In this document: positions 1 to 12,613 of the stretch, one piece after another
Numbering within the stretch: position 1 is the first letter of the stretch
Layout: the number at the start of each line of letters is the position of its first letter
From: Catajapyx aquilonaris
Lineage: Eukaryota
Assembly: GCA_000934665.2 (NCBI GenBank)
Contig: KZ538062.1
Span: forward strand, 62,001-126,000
Direction: 5' to 3'
DNA: 64,000 nucleotides
The notes under the pieces: generated by a model
What the model was told of the DNA's origin: nothing
The model's database searches: none
What the model saw: only the letters and a program-made list of their open reading frames with translations
Program-made: the position numbers and the translations under genes

Positions 1-60
1 GCTGCCATGTTTAATGTCACCACGTCTTATGCAGTGCAAAATAATCCAGAGAAATGCTCA

Positions 61-1779
61 CCAGATAATAATGGTTGTGTCCGAAGACCATCGAGATGCT
101 GGATGCTGCGATGAAAGACCAATGATCATGTAGTTATTGTAGAGGATGCTTGCTTAGGGCTGTGAAGGTGGCAGCAGCATGGTAATGTAGACCTGTCAGG
201 CCATAATCTCAAGGCTGCACCTGCATAAAAGAAAGCATTTTGTAAAATAACGCATGTCAAACCCCAATTACTCAAGTACAAATTTTGATATATTATATCG
301 TAATTTCATAATTATTATGAATGTCTGCAGAAAACAACTGTCCTACAGTATGTTCAACTCAGCCCATCAGCCAACAATCGATTCAACTTTAATGTCCCCA
401 AACAGACAAATTAGTGCTGTAAAAAGGTACCACTACCATTGCTGGTGATCTAAATTTGAATGGATCCAAGAAACGAACACTATGCATTATAAATAAATAA
501 ATAAATAAATTGGTTGGGTAATGCTTTCACCCTATCAGGGTTTATCGCATGGACCTTTATTTGTTGTACACATTGGAGCCTTTATACGTATCGCCCGGGC
601 CCACGGGCAGGATGACAGGTGGGGATGTGCAAGTGCAGTGCATCTGACGTGTGGTCATTTTTAGTGAGCTCCCCCGGGTGGTTAAGTCTGTGGAAATACC
701 ACCCGAGACGAAGCCAGAGGTGACCGACCTCTGCACGAGATGAAGGGGGTGTCCCCGGGCTGGGATCGAACCCGGTACCTTAACATCCGTGGGCGCGCGC
801 GTTACCGCGGCGCCACTCCGTCTCCCACTATGCATTAAAATATGAAATATTGCTATTTGCAAACAGGGATTTTGAAGGGAATTAAATTTTTGTAAAATAG
901 GGCAATATAGGACTGATTTTCTAAATGGCCAACAATTCAGCTTATCAAAATCTGTACCAACATGTAGCAAATGCCAGGTAACAATGCAAATTTACCAACC
1001 GCCGCCATTATATGTCAGTGATCGTCTTTGGCGTAAAATGGCGTACTTAGTGCCTCAGGAGTAGCACAGCAAGGTCAAAGCAAATTGGGCAATATCGCAA
1101 TTTTCTAGTGGTTTTTCTTTTAATTGCTATTACATTGTGGAGACTAGGCATGATTGAGGTAATTTGACTGATCGGTGCTCTATAGGAAGTCATCTCATTC
1201 GGCATAGTCATGATTGCACTTTTTTAAACATCTTTACATGAACCACTTTAATTCATTTAGTGGCATTTAACAGACCATGATGCAGTGCTGCTATTGAATG
1301 GCGTCCCAGCATTTCAATGAGCCAAGGTCAAGTGTCATTCGTCCAGCCCCATTTTATTACACAAATTAATCCAGTATTTCTAATGGAGCTAGTCGCCAAG
1401 CAATTATTGGTTTTTCTTCCCATTGCAATTGCGTTTTTTGCTTATACTGTTCTTGCTGCATTATGTCTGTTAACTCATTCTTACCCGACCAAATTATTTG
1501 ACAGTTTAGGGCAATGTTTTTCATGCCAATAATACAGATTTTAGTTGGCAAGAATCCGATATTATCTGACCTGGTACAACTGACCCTTAATTGCTGCGTG
1601 ATATAAATCTGTAAATGACGGATTTTGAATCGCTGCTGTACTCACCATTCATGCATTCCAGGCGTCTAGTGCTAGGTGTGCGTGGCTTAACCCGATGTCC
1701 AACTTGACCCCACTTGACGGATGACGAAACATCAAAATTCGGTCCACGAAGTGCTGCATCGCTGGTGCCTCATTATCCC
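61..1779 (-). other. Possible spliced 5' exons of a gene continuing off the left edge (exons ~1779-1646 and ~220-62)
   Basis: Both segments are bounded on the - strand by good acceptors (tttacag; ttttatgcag) and donors (gtgagt; gtgagc). They have stops in all frames except a short terminal ATG frame, so they are probably mostly 5' UTR. No product identifiable. Confidence 0.3.
490..826 (-). mobile_element. tRNA-derived SINE, full length, copy 1
   Basis: - strand reads GGGAGACGGAG-TGGCGCCGCGG (A-box-like) ... GGTTCGATCCC (B box). It has a (TTTA)n tail and a TSD ACTATGCATTA at 479-489 and 827-837. Highly similar to 59251-59593. Confidence 0.93.
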
Positions 1780-3101
1780 CTGTAAACGGAGTTAATTAAA
1801 ATATTGCTTTGCACTTTTAAAAAATTTAATAAGTGTCTGCCTGTATATAACTCGGGCCTTTTTCGTGTCTAAATGAATGAACCTCTGTGCTTTTGTAGTA
1901 TACAGCTTTCGCAAGTAACCCCCACCGAAATGGTGTGCACATACCTGTACTCGTATTGCAGTTGTCTGTAGACCTGGCGAGAATAAGCACGTCCGCCTTC
2001 GTTGGTGATCAAGATCCAAAGAGGGAGCTGCACACAGGGCTGGATGGGGGGTTGTGTGGGATCTACCCCCCACCCACCCTACTCCGGATATGCTTATCTC
2101 TATGGTCAAATGGGTGCACACCTCAGCATGACCTGTTACTATGCAAGGTCAGGCCCATACGTAGAACATTTTCGTGGGGGGTGTTTCGATCTTGGGGGAG
2201 GGAGGATGTTTTACTTTTTACAACACCGCGCTGCCCCCCNTCAACTACAGTAGCTTACAGCTTAGTACAACACCTCCAGACTCACAACTGTCACAAGGAC
2301 TCAACAGCAGAGCAGGCATATCCTATCCGTCAGGCAACCACCAAACCGAACTTGGAATGGGGGAAGCCTGTCTGTCAGGATAAGACCTAGTTCGGACAGC
2401 GGAGGTAACTTGCCATGTGGGGGTAATATGCTATTTGCTTAAAACAATTGAGATATGTTACCATCAAAATAACCCCATAAGCTAATTACTTCCACTGTAC
2501 TCTTCTTTGACGGATGTACTGTAAAGTACAAGGACAAATTGAGCAGTGACAGCTGCAATTTCAGTGCGTATATGAACGTATGAATGAGAGGAAACAGCAC
2601 AGTACAGTGCCATTAGTCTACGCAGCTTACTGTTAAAATTTTTGTGCGTACACTATTGACATACCTGCCAGCTACATCTTATAACCTAGCATTTTGAATT
2701 ACCATGCATATTTTTAAAACATGCTGTATTCATGAGCGTCAGAAGGTGAACACACTGGCCTGCGTGATCGCTTAAAAATTCGCAACAATAACGACACAGC
2801 GTGCGTATGAATATGTATCGAGGCAACAGATAGGGAATGAGCACCTGATGAGCTAATAATAATGTGGAAGGGTGGGCGCGAGCATGGCAAAAAAAAAAGA
2901 AAAGAAAAAAGGACCGGGGAGGCCGAATGCGCTTACGCCGGCGGGTTATTTTTGCCCAGTACGTATGTAACAGCAGTGGTCGGAGAGGCTGCCGACTTGT
3001 GACAGATCGAGCCCAGCAGCAGATAGAAGAGGCTGGCTAGGTGGACCAACCCTTGTCGGAGGATGACTTGGACATGATGCTGCCAGAGTGAGAGAGCCCT
3101 T

Positions 3102-6100
3102 ATGGGAGAGTGGTGTCGGTGGTTGTTGTGTTGCTGTCCCCAGGACGAGGAGGAGCCGTCGGATGCTGCCTTTCGAGGAGAGGAAGAGAGGAGGAGAGGT
3201 GCTGCTGAGGACGGGTACGCCGCCGGTACATACTATCGGTATCCTGGATACCCCGATTACAGTTCGGGGTGAGTGTTTTTTTTAAAATAAATCCCTTCAA
3301 AGCAACGGGATGATGTCAGCCGAAAGAAGTTGTTTACATACAGTTGATTGGGCCAACCTGGAGTGTGGAAAGCACTTCATTTCGACATGAAAATGCCTAT
3401 AAAAAGTGACGTAAGCAAGTGTTTTGGAGAAAAAATTGAAGCAACCTTTTATTGGACGAAAGAAATTAGTTGGGTATCACTATGCCCCCCAGTTCAAGTG
3501 TTGGATATAGCAAGAAAATTAATTGTTTAATCAAGTAATTAGTTAAAAAATCAGCCAACCCGTTGTGACCTTTGAAGCGAATAATCGATTACTTGAATCC
3601 TCCTTGAACTGGAGTCTTGGGCAGTGTACCACCCTGTAGCTCATTTTCACAGCGTTCATGCAGCATACTAAAAACAAGGCCGTAAAAATACTACGCGATT
3701 GCAGGCAGTGATTCATACGCACATTTACCCACAGCCAACTATTCATTCACTCACATTGATATAATCTCCTCCGTTATATGATGCATTAATTAAAATCTGT
3801 TGGGCTCACTTCCAATCGTTCAGTAGCCAAATGAGCCGATAATTGCTATCACCCTTATTAGCTGCATGTTGGCTCAGGCTCTTCTCCGCTTTTCCAATAG
3901 GATCCAGACGTATAGTGATAACTAAGAAGAATGTAAACATGTTTTGAGGCAGGATATGAAGCTAGAAGTGTGGAAGGATAAATAGTGCGCAAGGTTGACG
4001 TGACGTGCCAAGTAAACTCGGGACATGGAAATGCTCCAATGGGATGGTGATTCAGAAAAAAGCGCGACAAACGCGTTAGGTCGATGTGAAGCACGTGCTA
4101 TACGTGCTTTGCATACCGCAGCACTTTGGAAGCGGCCTCGGACAAGTGCTGCAAGTCAAGAGTCATTACACACACTCAATGGCTTTACGTATATACAGGA
4201 GCCACATGGTGTTTAAATAAACCTGTACGTTACGGTTACTTTAAAGTGAAGGCAAAAATTATTTCAACCTGAAATCCAGTGATTTCGACATTTGAGTGTT
4301 TCAAATTGGCGAAAGAAAATTCCTGGGAAACATACCGAACGTAAGATTTTTTTGTTGGAATCAATGGCATCCTAGATTTTTTTACGACAAGCAGGGAAAG
4401 AATGGCAGCCAGATGCCTCTAGGAAATGCTTCTAACTCCAACAATAAATACACTGTGACGCTTCTAATCTTTATTTGGGACGGTTTTTCGTCCCCCTTAG
4501 TTAAGTTTGCAGTACCTGTCAACACCCAGTAATCCCTGGTAACCTATGAGACAAGCTTATGAGAAAATGCTCCAAAGCAGACACATCCTGGATCCTGCTA
4601 GGGAAAAAAAGCACATTGGCATGTTGTGTGCATACTTTCCCAATAAGTTAACAATAATGCTTCAGTTCAACCCAATATTAGTATAAATAAAATATTTGTT
4701 TTCTACAAGCAATTTTTATGTTAAAATTAAACCTCCACACGACATGAAAATTAAGAGATTGACATAATTCATTCGAAAATTAATTAATTGGAGGCGAATC
4801 ATTGGACATGTTTTGAATTTCGAAATTTTGAATAGGTATGCAAGTTTTCATTCCAATTATTCAACTTCTATTCAATTCGTCATTCGCTTTAGCGTTGACG
4901 CTAGTTCAGTTGGAACACCCTGTAAACCTCCAACAGCGGAAACACCCCCAGGGTCTCCCCAGCACCCCCCATCAAAGTAAAAGCAAAACCTGGCTTCCGG
5001 ATCACATTTCCTCAGCACATTCCAGCTCTTCTCCTCCTCCTGCCAACACACATCATACCACGTGCCGGAAGTCACCTCACACCTGCTTACGTTTTTTTAA
5101 ATGTATAACACTTCCATAACATACGCAATTTTTAATTTTGGCAGGGGTCAAACTACACACAGGCACAACCGGCATGGCTCCCCAGTACCAGAACACTACC
5201 GTACCGGTCCTCTGGTACTTCCTGTGTCCGGTAACCCATACTTGGGTCCAAGGAAGCAGCTGTACTGCAGGACCGGGTACAACCTGGCCCTGTACCCGGA
5301 CGGACAGGTCAGAGGAAGCAAGGAGCCGTACAGTTTTTACGGTGGGTTTTGACATGTGTGTTGCAGATGTGCTAGGGGGTGGGCTTGTTATGGTTGGCCT
5401 CCATTTACAAGGCGGGTTGAAAGATGCCGCCTCAGGTTCCCTAACTCACTATATAGTGCAAAAAAAAAAGGGTGTCATGAATTTGTTTTTCTTTTATTTG
5501 CAGCCATTTTGGAGTTCAGCTCTGTGGCCATTGGGGAGGTTCAGATCCGGGGATTGGGATCCGGATTTTATCTGGCGATGAACAGAAAAGGACGACTATA
5601 TGGAGAGGTAAACATGAGCATTTCCGGATGCTGGTTGGAACCTGAGATGTACGATTAATTAATTATCATCTGCGGAATATTTCTGATCTCTTTCAACGTC
5701 TGCAGAGACTGAAGAATTGGGCGTCAGGGCCTTAGTTGAATATTCCGCGACCTTCGGCGACCAGCCAGTTTCAATCTTTTTGCGTCTTTTTTCGTGGCAG
5801 TAACTTCAACACCCCTGCTTATACCGGGCAATAATTCAAAAATGTTTACAGCCGCAATACGTCTCTAAAGCCATATCTTTCAATAAGAGAGAGAGAGCCA
5901 CTTTATGAGCATTTTTAGAACAGGGTGTTCCAAAAAAAAAACCATCTGAATATGTGCGCACTGTTGCTAAACATGCATCTGCACTAACTAGCCTCATACC
6001 TATTCAAGTAGATGTCTCATTGTATAGCCTGTCTACTTTTCAGATATATCCCGAAGAGGAAGGAACAGTGTTCGTGGAGGGTGTGGCCGGACTCTACAAC

Positions 6101-6256
6101 ACTTACCTGTCTCGAAAGTACGCACACCACGGCTGGTACGTGGCCATCAAGAGGTCGGGCAAGGTCAAGGCAGGCAAGAAGACCAACTGGGGACAAAAAT
6201 CAATCCAGTTCGTACCCAGACCAGCTCGACCATCCGGACCACACATCTACGGATAG
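3102..6256 (+). CDS. Fibroblast growth factor (FGF1/2- or FGF9/16/20-like core), no signal peptide
   Basis: Exons 3102-3268, 5145-5341, 5504-5607, 6044-6256, all GT-AG and phase-compatible. Core motifs [62 protein letters not shown]. The 104-nt middle core exon is typical of FGF genes. Exon 1 is less certain than the core. Confidence 0.92.
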
Positions 6257-7906
6257 TGCTTTAAAAAAAAAAATGCATTTAAATACACTGGATCCATCTA
6301 TTTCATTCACACAACCAGATGGATACTATTGCTAGCGCCGGGCATATAATAAAAGGACCACTTGTGCCTGTCGTTGGGACACAGCTATTATGTACGACAG
6401 GAAGTGAGATCGTTTTACGGTGATGTGCTCTTCACTCAAAGCCCATCATCATCTCCAAAGTGTCAGCGATCCTCTGACGAGGTCAATAGAAGGCTCTCCT
6501 ACGGACCAATCACACTGCCAAAAGTTCCTTTAGTCACACACACCACATAGCATTTACTCTACATGTATAACCAACCCGGCTGGAAGTACAAGTAATAATA
6601 AATGAGATTTATCGCCAAACTTTGCTGGGGCCACGTTTCACACTGTGTCTCTGATTAGAGTTTTATTTTCAGCTTCACTCCGCGGTTTGCTTACAAAAAT
6701 ATATAGACGAGGGTTCTGCCTATTGAGGTTAAGGTGCCATATTCCATCATATTTCCGGACTATTTTTGAGGTCGTCCTGCCCATGAGATTATTTTTGGCG
6801 CCTTCTGCAAAGTGTCTGTTCCACGCTCAGATGGCGGGGAAAAAAATGGACGAGAGGCTTTCCATGGTTTGTTAAAAATTTTAGGGTATACGAACAGGAA
6901 GTGTTGCAACAACTATGAAGCAACACTAGGCGAGAGAAATGTTACGGATTGTTGACTCTAGCTGAATATTTTAAAATGTACAGTTCAACCACTGCAGTTT
7001 GTAATTGATTCGGAGAAACAGCGTTGTGAAATCTGATTCCGAGTCATGTACGCAAATGTATGCCCGTCAAGGTTATATAAAACACATTCTAACATTTGAT
7101 CTCGAGTGACGCCCATACTGTTGGCAAAGGCCAGAACTCCAAATGCGTCGGCTTGTTTCAACTCTCTCTAAAAAAACAGTCACAATGTCAACTGCTTTAC
7201 TCCACCCATTAGCCACACCTTAAACCTGGGGGAGGTCAAAGGTTGTAAAAACAGTGATGCAAGAACGCCCTGGTTGAAGGAACGTGCGCGCAGTAAACCA
7301 GAGCAATGTCCTTTTTTATTATTATTTTTAATCTTATTTGCATGACGCAGGTCATTCACTGCCCTCGTGAACACAAACACACCCACGCACAATGGGGAAT
7401 AATGACCCGTATTTTGAGGCGAGTGAAAACCTGTGCAAATATAACGTTATATTTTTAGGTCACATATCAGCTGAGAATGTGCAAATTTTTGGACAAAAAA
7501 TGCGCTTCGTTTCATATTAATTACGCTATTATTATACATTGGTATTGAAAATTGACATGGTCGATATTTCGTAAAGTTATTAATTATTAAATTATCATCA
7601 TCCGTCACAGAATTTCCTAAAATATGATAGGCCATCTGGTGTAGGTCACCCCTGACCTCCCTTTTGACGTGCGTGCAAAACCGCAATTCATTTTCCTGCC
7701 CTTTTCAAACTGAGGCTGATAACACTCGCCTACTGTGACATAACACATCCGTCACTACATTGTCATATGTGCATATATATGTTGAAAAAAAAGAAATCTG
7801 AGAGAAGGTGCCCCTAGGCGCATGGCACGGAAATCCCGTTGGTTTTTTTTAAAGGTTTGGTTCTCTCCGCTGCCTCCAGACGTCGCGAGGGGTCAGTTGG
7901 ATAAAA

Positions 7907-10900
7907 ATGGCCGTTAGAAGTGCAGGTGAGCCTTTTTCCTTCTCTTTCCTTTCTCTTTAGAAGGTTTCAAGTTTTTTTGCTTTTGTTGTGGTTACCATGT
8001 GGATGGCCAACAAAATAAGTGGGATAATATTCGAGTATGGAAAAGCGGGGTCAGAAGACCTTCTCGTTCAATGGGGTGCTTAGGCTAGCTGGATTGTTTA
8101 AAAGGCTGGTGCGGGTTAACCAGAAGAATAATAATGGTGACCTTTTTTTTTTAAAAAAAAAATATTGGATGCATGTCATAAATGTTGCAGGTTCCAAACC
8201 GCTAAGTCTGTTTGTGTTTCAGTGACAGGACCGAGGCAACCCACAAGGCCTGCACCGCCCCCGCCGCTAGTTCGACCGCAGCTCGTTCGACCGCAGAAGA
8301 GTCTACAAAAGGCATCCCATTCACGTTCAATATTTGGGTAAAGCACTGAAAATTCCTGAACATTTGCAGTCCTTACAGGGACAGAACCGTGTTTACTAAC
8401 AAGCTGCCTTGAAAATAGTTTACTCCCACTATCTTGTCATGATAAAATTTGCACTATGATCCTCAAACACTCATACGCATATATTCCGCAATTTATAGAG
8501 TTGCAAATGGGCCCAACAAGGCGCCGCCGCTGTACCCGCGAGCTGGGGGCAACAATGCGGGGAAGCGCAAGGTCCCGCCGCCACGCCCGCCGCCGCCCAA
8601 AGTTCTTCCGAGAAACTTGGTAAGCATGCACAAAGGATGTGGCTTTAGAAGACAAGAGGCTAGGGTAGTCTTGAGCAAATCTGTTATCAGGGAGTGGGGG
8701 CACCAAAAGGAAACAGCATGATTCAAAGTGGGGGCAGATTGCCAGGGAGGAAGTGGAGATAACAGACTGCCTGGAGTTATAATTGGGCTCCCAAAAAGTC
8801 TGGCTTTGGAGGAATATCCCGACAGCTTTGGCTCCACTGTGAAAATGCAAGGAAGACTCAGTGTGCCCAGCACGTTAATGCAAAATTTAAAACGTAAATT
8901 TTGATCCGTATTGCAGTACATTCCTCAAGATATGAATAATTGCATGTTCATAGAATGAATAATTTAACACCTGCAAAGAATTCAACAGCGGCCTTGAGCA
9001 CCTGTTAAGTGCATTTCTTGTCACTATTCCGAGCATGACTTCATTTTGAAAAGTAAGGCAAGTGGTGAATCATCCTTTGAACAATGGTAGATTGTAGCCA
9101 TCAGTTTCATATCCACAGTGGACCAAATGCATACCACGTTCATATTGAATAGGTTTCAATTTGGTAATTTCAAAGTATGTTTCAGCATGCACATTAAGTG
9201 TTGGAAGTACAAGTTTACCTAGGTTTTTGTAGAGTACCCACTTCATATATAGGAAAGAAATGTTTTGCAAAGTGGGGAATTTTACATGGGCTCGTTATAA
9301 TTCTGCTTATAGATGCAGGGCCAGCCACCAAGCTATAGCGAAGTGATGGCTGAGCTGATGCAGCTCCCTGCCCACAATCCCGCCCCCCAGCCCCAACCTC
9401 GCTTTCAGAATAACCGCCCGCTGACACTAAAAATCCAGCCTCCTCCTGCTTACAATGAGCCGTCCCTAATTGATCTGTCCACTCCTCCTGAGTCCCCTTC
9501 CCCAACTCAACAGTCCCTGAGCGATGGCATGAGCCTCAACAGTTATGGAAGCAGTTCGGACAACTCAGTGCTTGCTGCCCATGCGCCTAACTCCTCGTCG
9601 TCCAGTGGTTTTGAAGACGACTTCGACCCGTTCTCATCGCCCCCACCACCTGCTCCTCAACCTGTTAAGACGACCCCAGTGCCTGCCCAACGTACTACAA
9701 CAAAGTTTGTGTCGAAACCAACTGTGATCAGGCCTGCTGCTCCTAAGCCAAGGTACATTACAATCAACAAAAGTATAGGCTTACTGAGAGTGAATGAACG
9801 ATATGCTTTCGATTAGGGTATGATCTGACATGCATGCCTTGATATGAAGTGCTTCAAATATTGAGGTTCATGGAAGTGATTTGTGAGTCATACGGCATGA
9901 AGTGAAGGTGTGGCTTGACCCACATTCACTCCTGTCAGAACATTAGGGTGTTGCCATGCATTAAAATCAATACGTCAAGGGAGTGGGAAATATTGTGTCC
10001 TGCTGCACACGGTTAATTGTTTCATGCTGTCTGGAGAGAACACACTACATTGAACAGTCCATCTGCATGTCAGACACCAATGATTATCTGGGTATCTAAT
10101 TATTTCTCAGACGAGACAGGCCAAGTTTCTTGAAAATTAATCTAATCAGTAGTAGTAACTGGTGGTTAGCTGTCCCCTTTTATCGAGACCACTAATTTCA
10201 AACAAATTTGTGTTAGAAATTAAAATAGTATTTTTAAGCAATATTTATCCAATCAAGAAATCCACCGTGTATCAAAATTAATTTTAGCCTTGTTCTTCCT
10301 GTGCATCTAATGGCATTTAAATGACCTGTTACATTTTCAGGTATGGCCCAGTGAAGGAAACTGCAACTCCGCCAATGCCCAGGGTGCCGCCCCCAGCCCT
10401 ACCACCAGTCACTGCCTACGTGAATGAGGATGACTGCCTTCCAGAATCGCCTCCAGAGTTGCCTCCACGGCCAGGACAGAAAGCGCCAGAAGAAAGCAGG
10501 AGCAGGGAGCAGCCTTATGCAGTGGCCCTCTACGAGTACCAATCAACTGAGCCAACTGACTTGTCATTTCAGGTGGGGTTCAGTCATGTACTATAGCTTC
10601 TCCATGAATGTCAGTACATCATTTGTAAGTAAGATGAAGTGCTGAACGTTACGTGGAATGAGGTTTGTCCGAGACATACCACTTGTTCTTGTTTTCTCTA
10701 ACCCGATATGTGGGTCTATGCATTATCATGGCAACTTACCCACAAATTAGTGCGAAGGAACGAAGAACTGGTGATGTTAAAAATGGAAAATAGTTTTTTC
10801 TCGAGAGCACGTGTAGAACATTTCTTATCTCTCTTGGAAAGCAATTCAAGTACATTCCACCTCATATCATTGTTAGGTTAGTCATCCTGGCCGATATCAG

Positions 10901-11947
10901 TGCATTCACACGACACAATGATTGAGAGACAGCACAAATTGAAATAGAGGAGGCTATTCAAAACTGCTGATTATGTCAGGAGATGTCGCATTGCATAAAG
11001 CCCATATCCAATATCAAATGTCGGGGGTACAAAGCTAGGTTTCAACCCATTGAAAATATAGAACCGACCCCCAAAATTACTCAGAATCCAGGCTTGGACT
11101 GAGGTATGGCCCAACTTTTCTGCCAGGGATTGGATTGTAAGGTAGCTTGTGAATGTGTTGAGGCATTCCTCTGCTCCTGATTAGCCACCAACATTAAAAT
11201 GCAACGTAAACATGGCTGGCATTTTTTGTTCATTCACCTGTTGTGAATTGTTGGTTAGTTTTTGTCAACAATTGATAATAATGAGTGTAGTGATTTGTTT
11301 TCTGGCCTTGGAATCCTCCTGGGCACTATTTATTGGAAAAACTGCAGTATTTGAATAAGTTTGTTTGAAGTTAACGCCAAGTTAATATTCATGGGAGACT
11401 AGGCTATAACTGTATAAGTTTAAGTAATGAGGGCTGTAGCAAGATATAATATGCCCAAAGTTTTTAAGCTTAATTTTCATCATGTCATCTTTTCTCTCTG
11501 AACAGCCTGATGATCATGTTTACCTGGAGAAGCGTCTGAATGAAGAATGGCTGTATGGCAGGTGTGGCACGTCTTCTGGAATGTTTCCAGCCGGCTTTGT
11601 CCAGGTGGTGGTCCCACTACCAGAAGACCAAGCGATTGAAGAAGCTGGAAGCAATGATGGCCTCGTGATTGCCACAGCTGTGTACACATTTGTGGCTACA
11701 GATTCAGGCGACCTAGGATTCCAGGTAAATAAGAGGGCACTTTCTGAGTAACGTCATTTTAAGTATGTTATTTCATGAAGGCTAATTTTGAGCCATGAAA
11801 GAGCTTTGCTAATGAAATTCGCTAATTTTCCAGGAAGGTGACACTATTAAGATCCATCGGCGTGTGGATCAAGACTGGCTCTACGGAGAGTGCAATGGAA
11901 GGATGGGTCACTTCCCATCATCTTTTGTTACAGGCGGCTCGATTTAA
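7907..11947 (+). CDS. Proline-rich adaptor with two C-terminal SH3 domains (SH3D19/Eve-1-like)
   Basis: Exons 7907-7925, 8223-8337, 8499-8619, 9313-9752, 10341-10572, 11506-11724, 11834-11947, phase-compatible. SH3 signatures ALYEYQ..DLSF..EEWLYG..GMFPAGFV and AVYTFV..DLGFQEGD..DWLYG..GHFPSSFV. Many PxxP tracts. SH3D19 assignment is from recalled family similarity. Confidence 0.85.
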
Positions 11948-12613
11948 TAAGAGTAGATTTTGTAAAACGAGTCGTGCTACTTAACTCATTACCCATTGTT
12001 ACGCTCATTATTCCTAATGGTGGGGAAAAAAATTTGGTTTTTGTATAGCGCATGTTACCTAAGTATGAGTCTTGTCATTGTTTTGTAATATGGTCGAAAG
12101 GAGCCAATTTTGGCGCCATTTTTTCTTCCCAAGTATATAAAGTAAGGAGTTGGTCACAAAATATTCTCTCACTGAGAGCCACGTTTTTGCACCTACACTT
12201 TTTTTTTCACAATTATTGTGATCGGACTCATTATCGGTGCTAGTCATGAAAAAGCAAGAGGGCCACAAGGAATTCAGTGATAACGTTAAGATTAATTTAT
12301 TTCCTGGAGGAAAGAAAGTGACAATCAATTTTTTTGTAAATTGCACAAAAGCAAATGCAACTTGAAAAGGCAGTGCTTTAAAGAGTGCCATAATTTATGC
12401 GCTCATGTACACACATATCATATGGTAATAAAAATATATATTGTTCGTTACATGTCTGCTTGTTATTGAATCCATATTTTCAGGAATGACTTTCCAAAGA
12501 CCAAAATCTACGATGACAAAGCAATTTGCCTTGTAAGAAAGAGAACTAGTCCTAAACAAGTTGGCTGAATTAATAATACTGTATTACACAAAGTGCTTCT
12601 AAAATGCACCAAA

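Noticed and set aside
515..560. CTGATAG..GAAA in the SINE tail resembling a hammerhead ribozyme core
   Set aside because: CUGANGA is not matched and the motif is not conserved in copy 2.
557..970. 137-aa ORF (and similar ORFs 59201-59425, 60854-61246, 60938-61216)
   Set aside because: They lie over SINE copies and are not protein-coding.
5382..5410. Shared GGCTTGT..TTATGG..TCCATTTACAA motif with 30864-30891
   Set aside because: An 11-bp exact match plus gapped short words is within chance expectation for 64 kb.
11080..11200. Two hairpins followed by ACA in an SH3-gene intron
   Set aside because: No ANANNA H box in the hinge.
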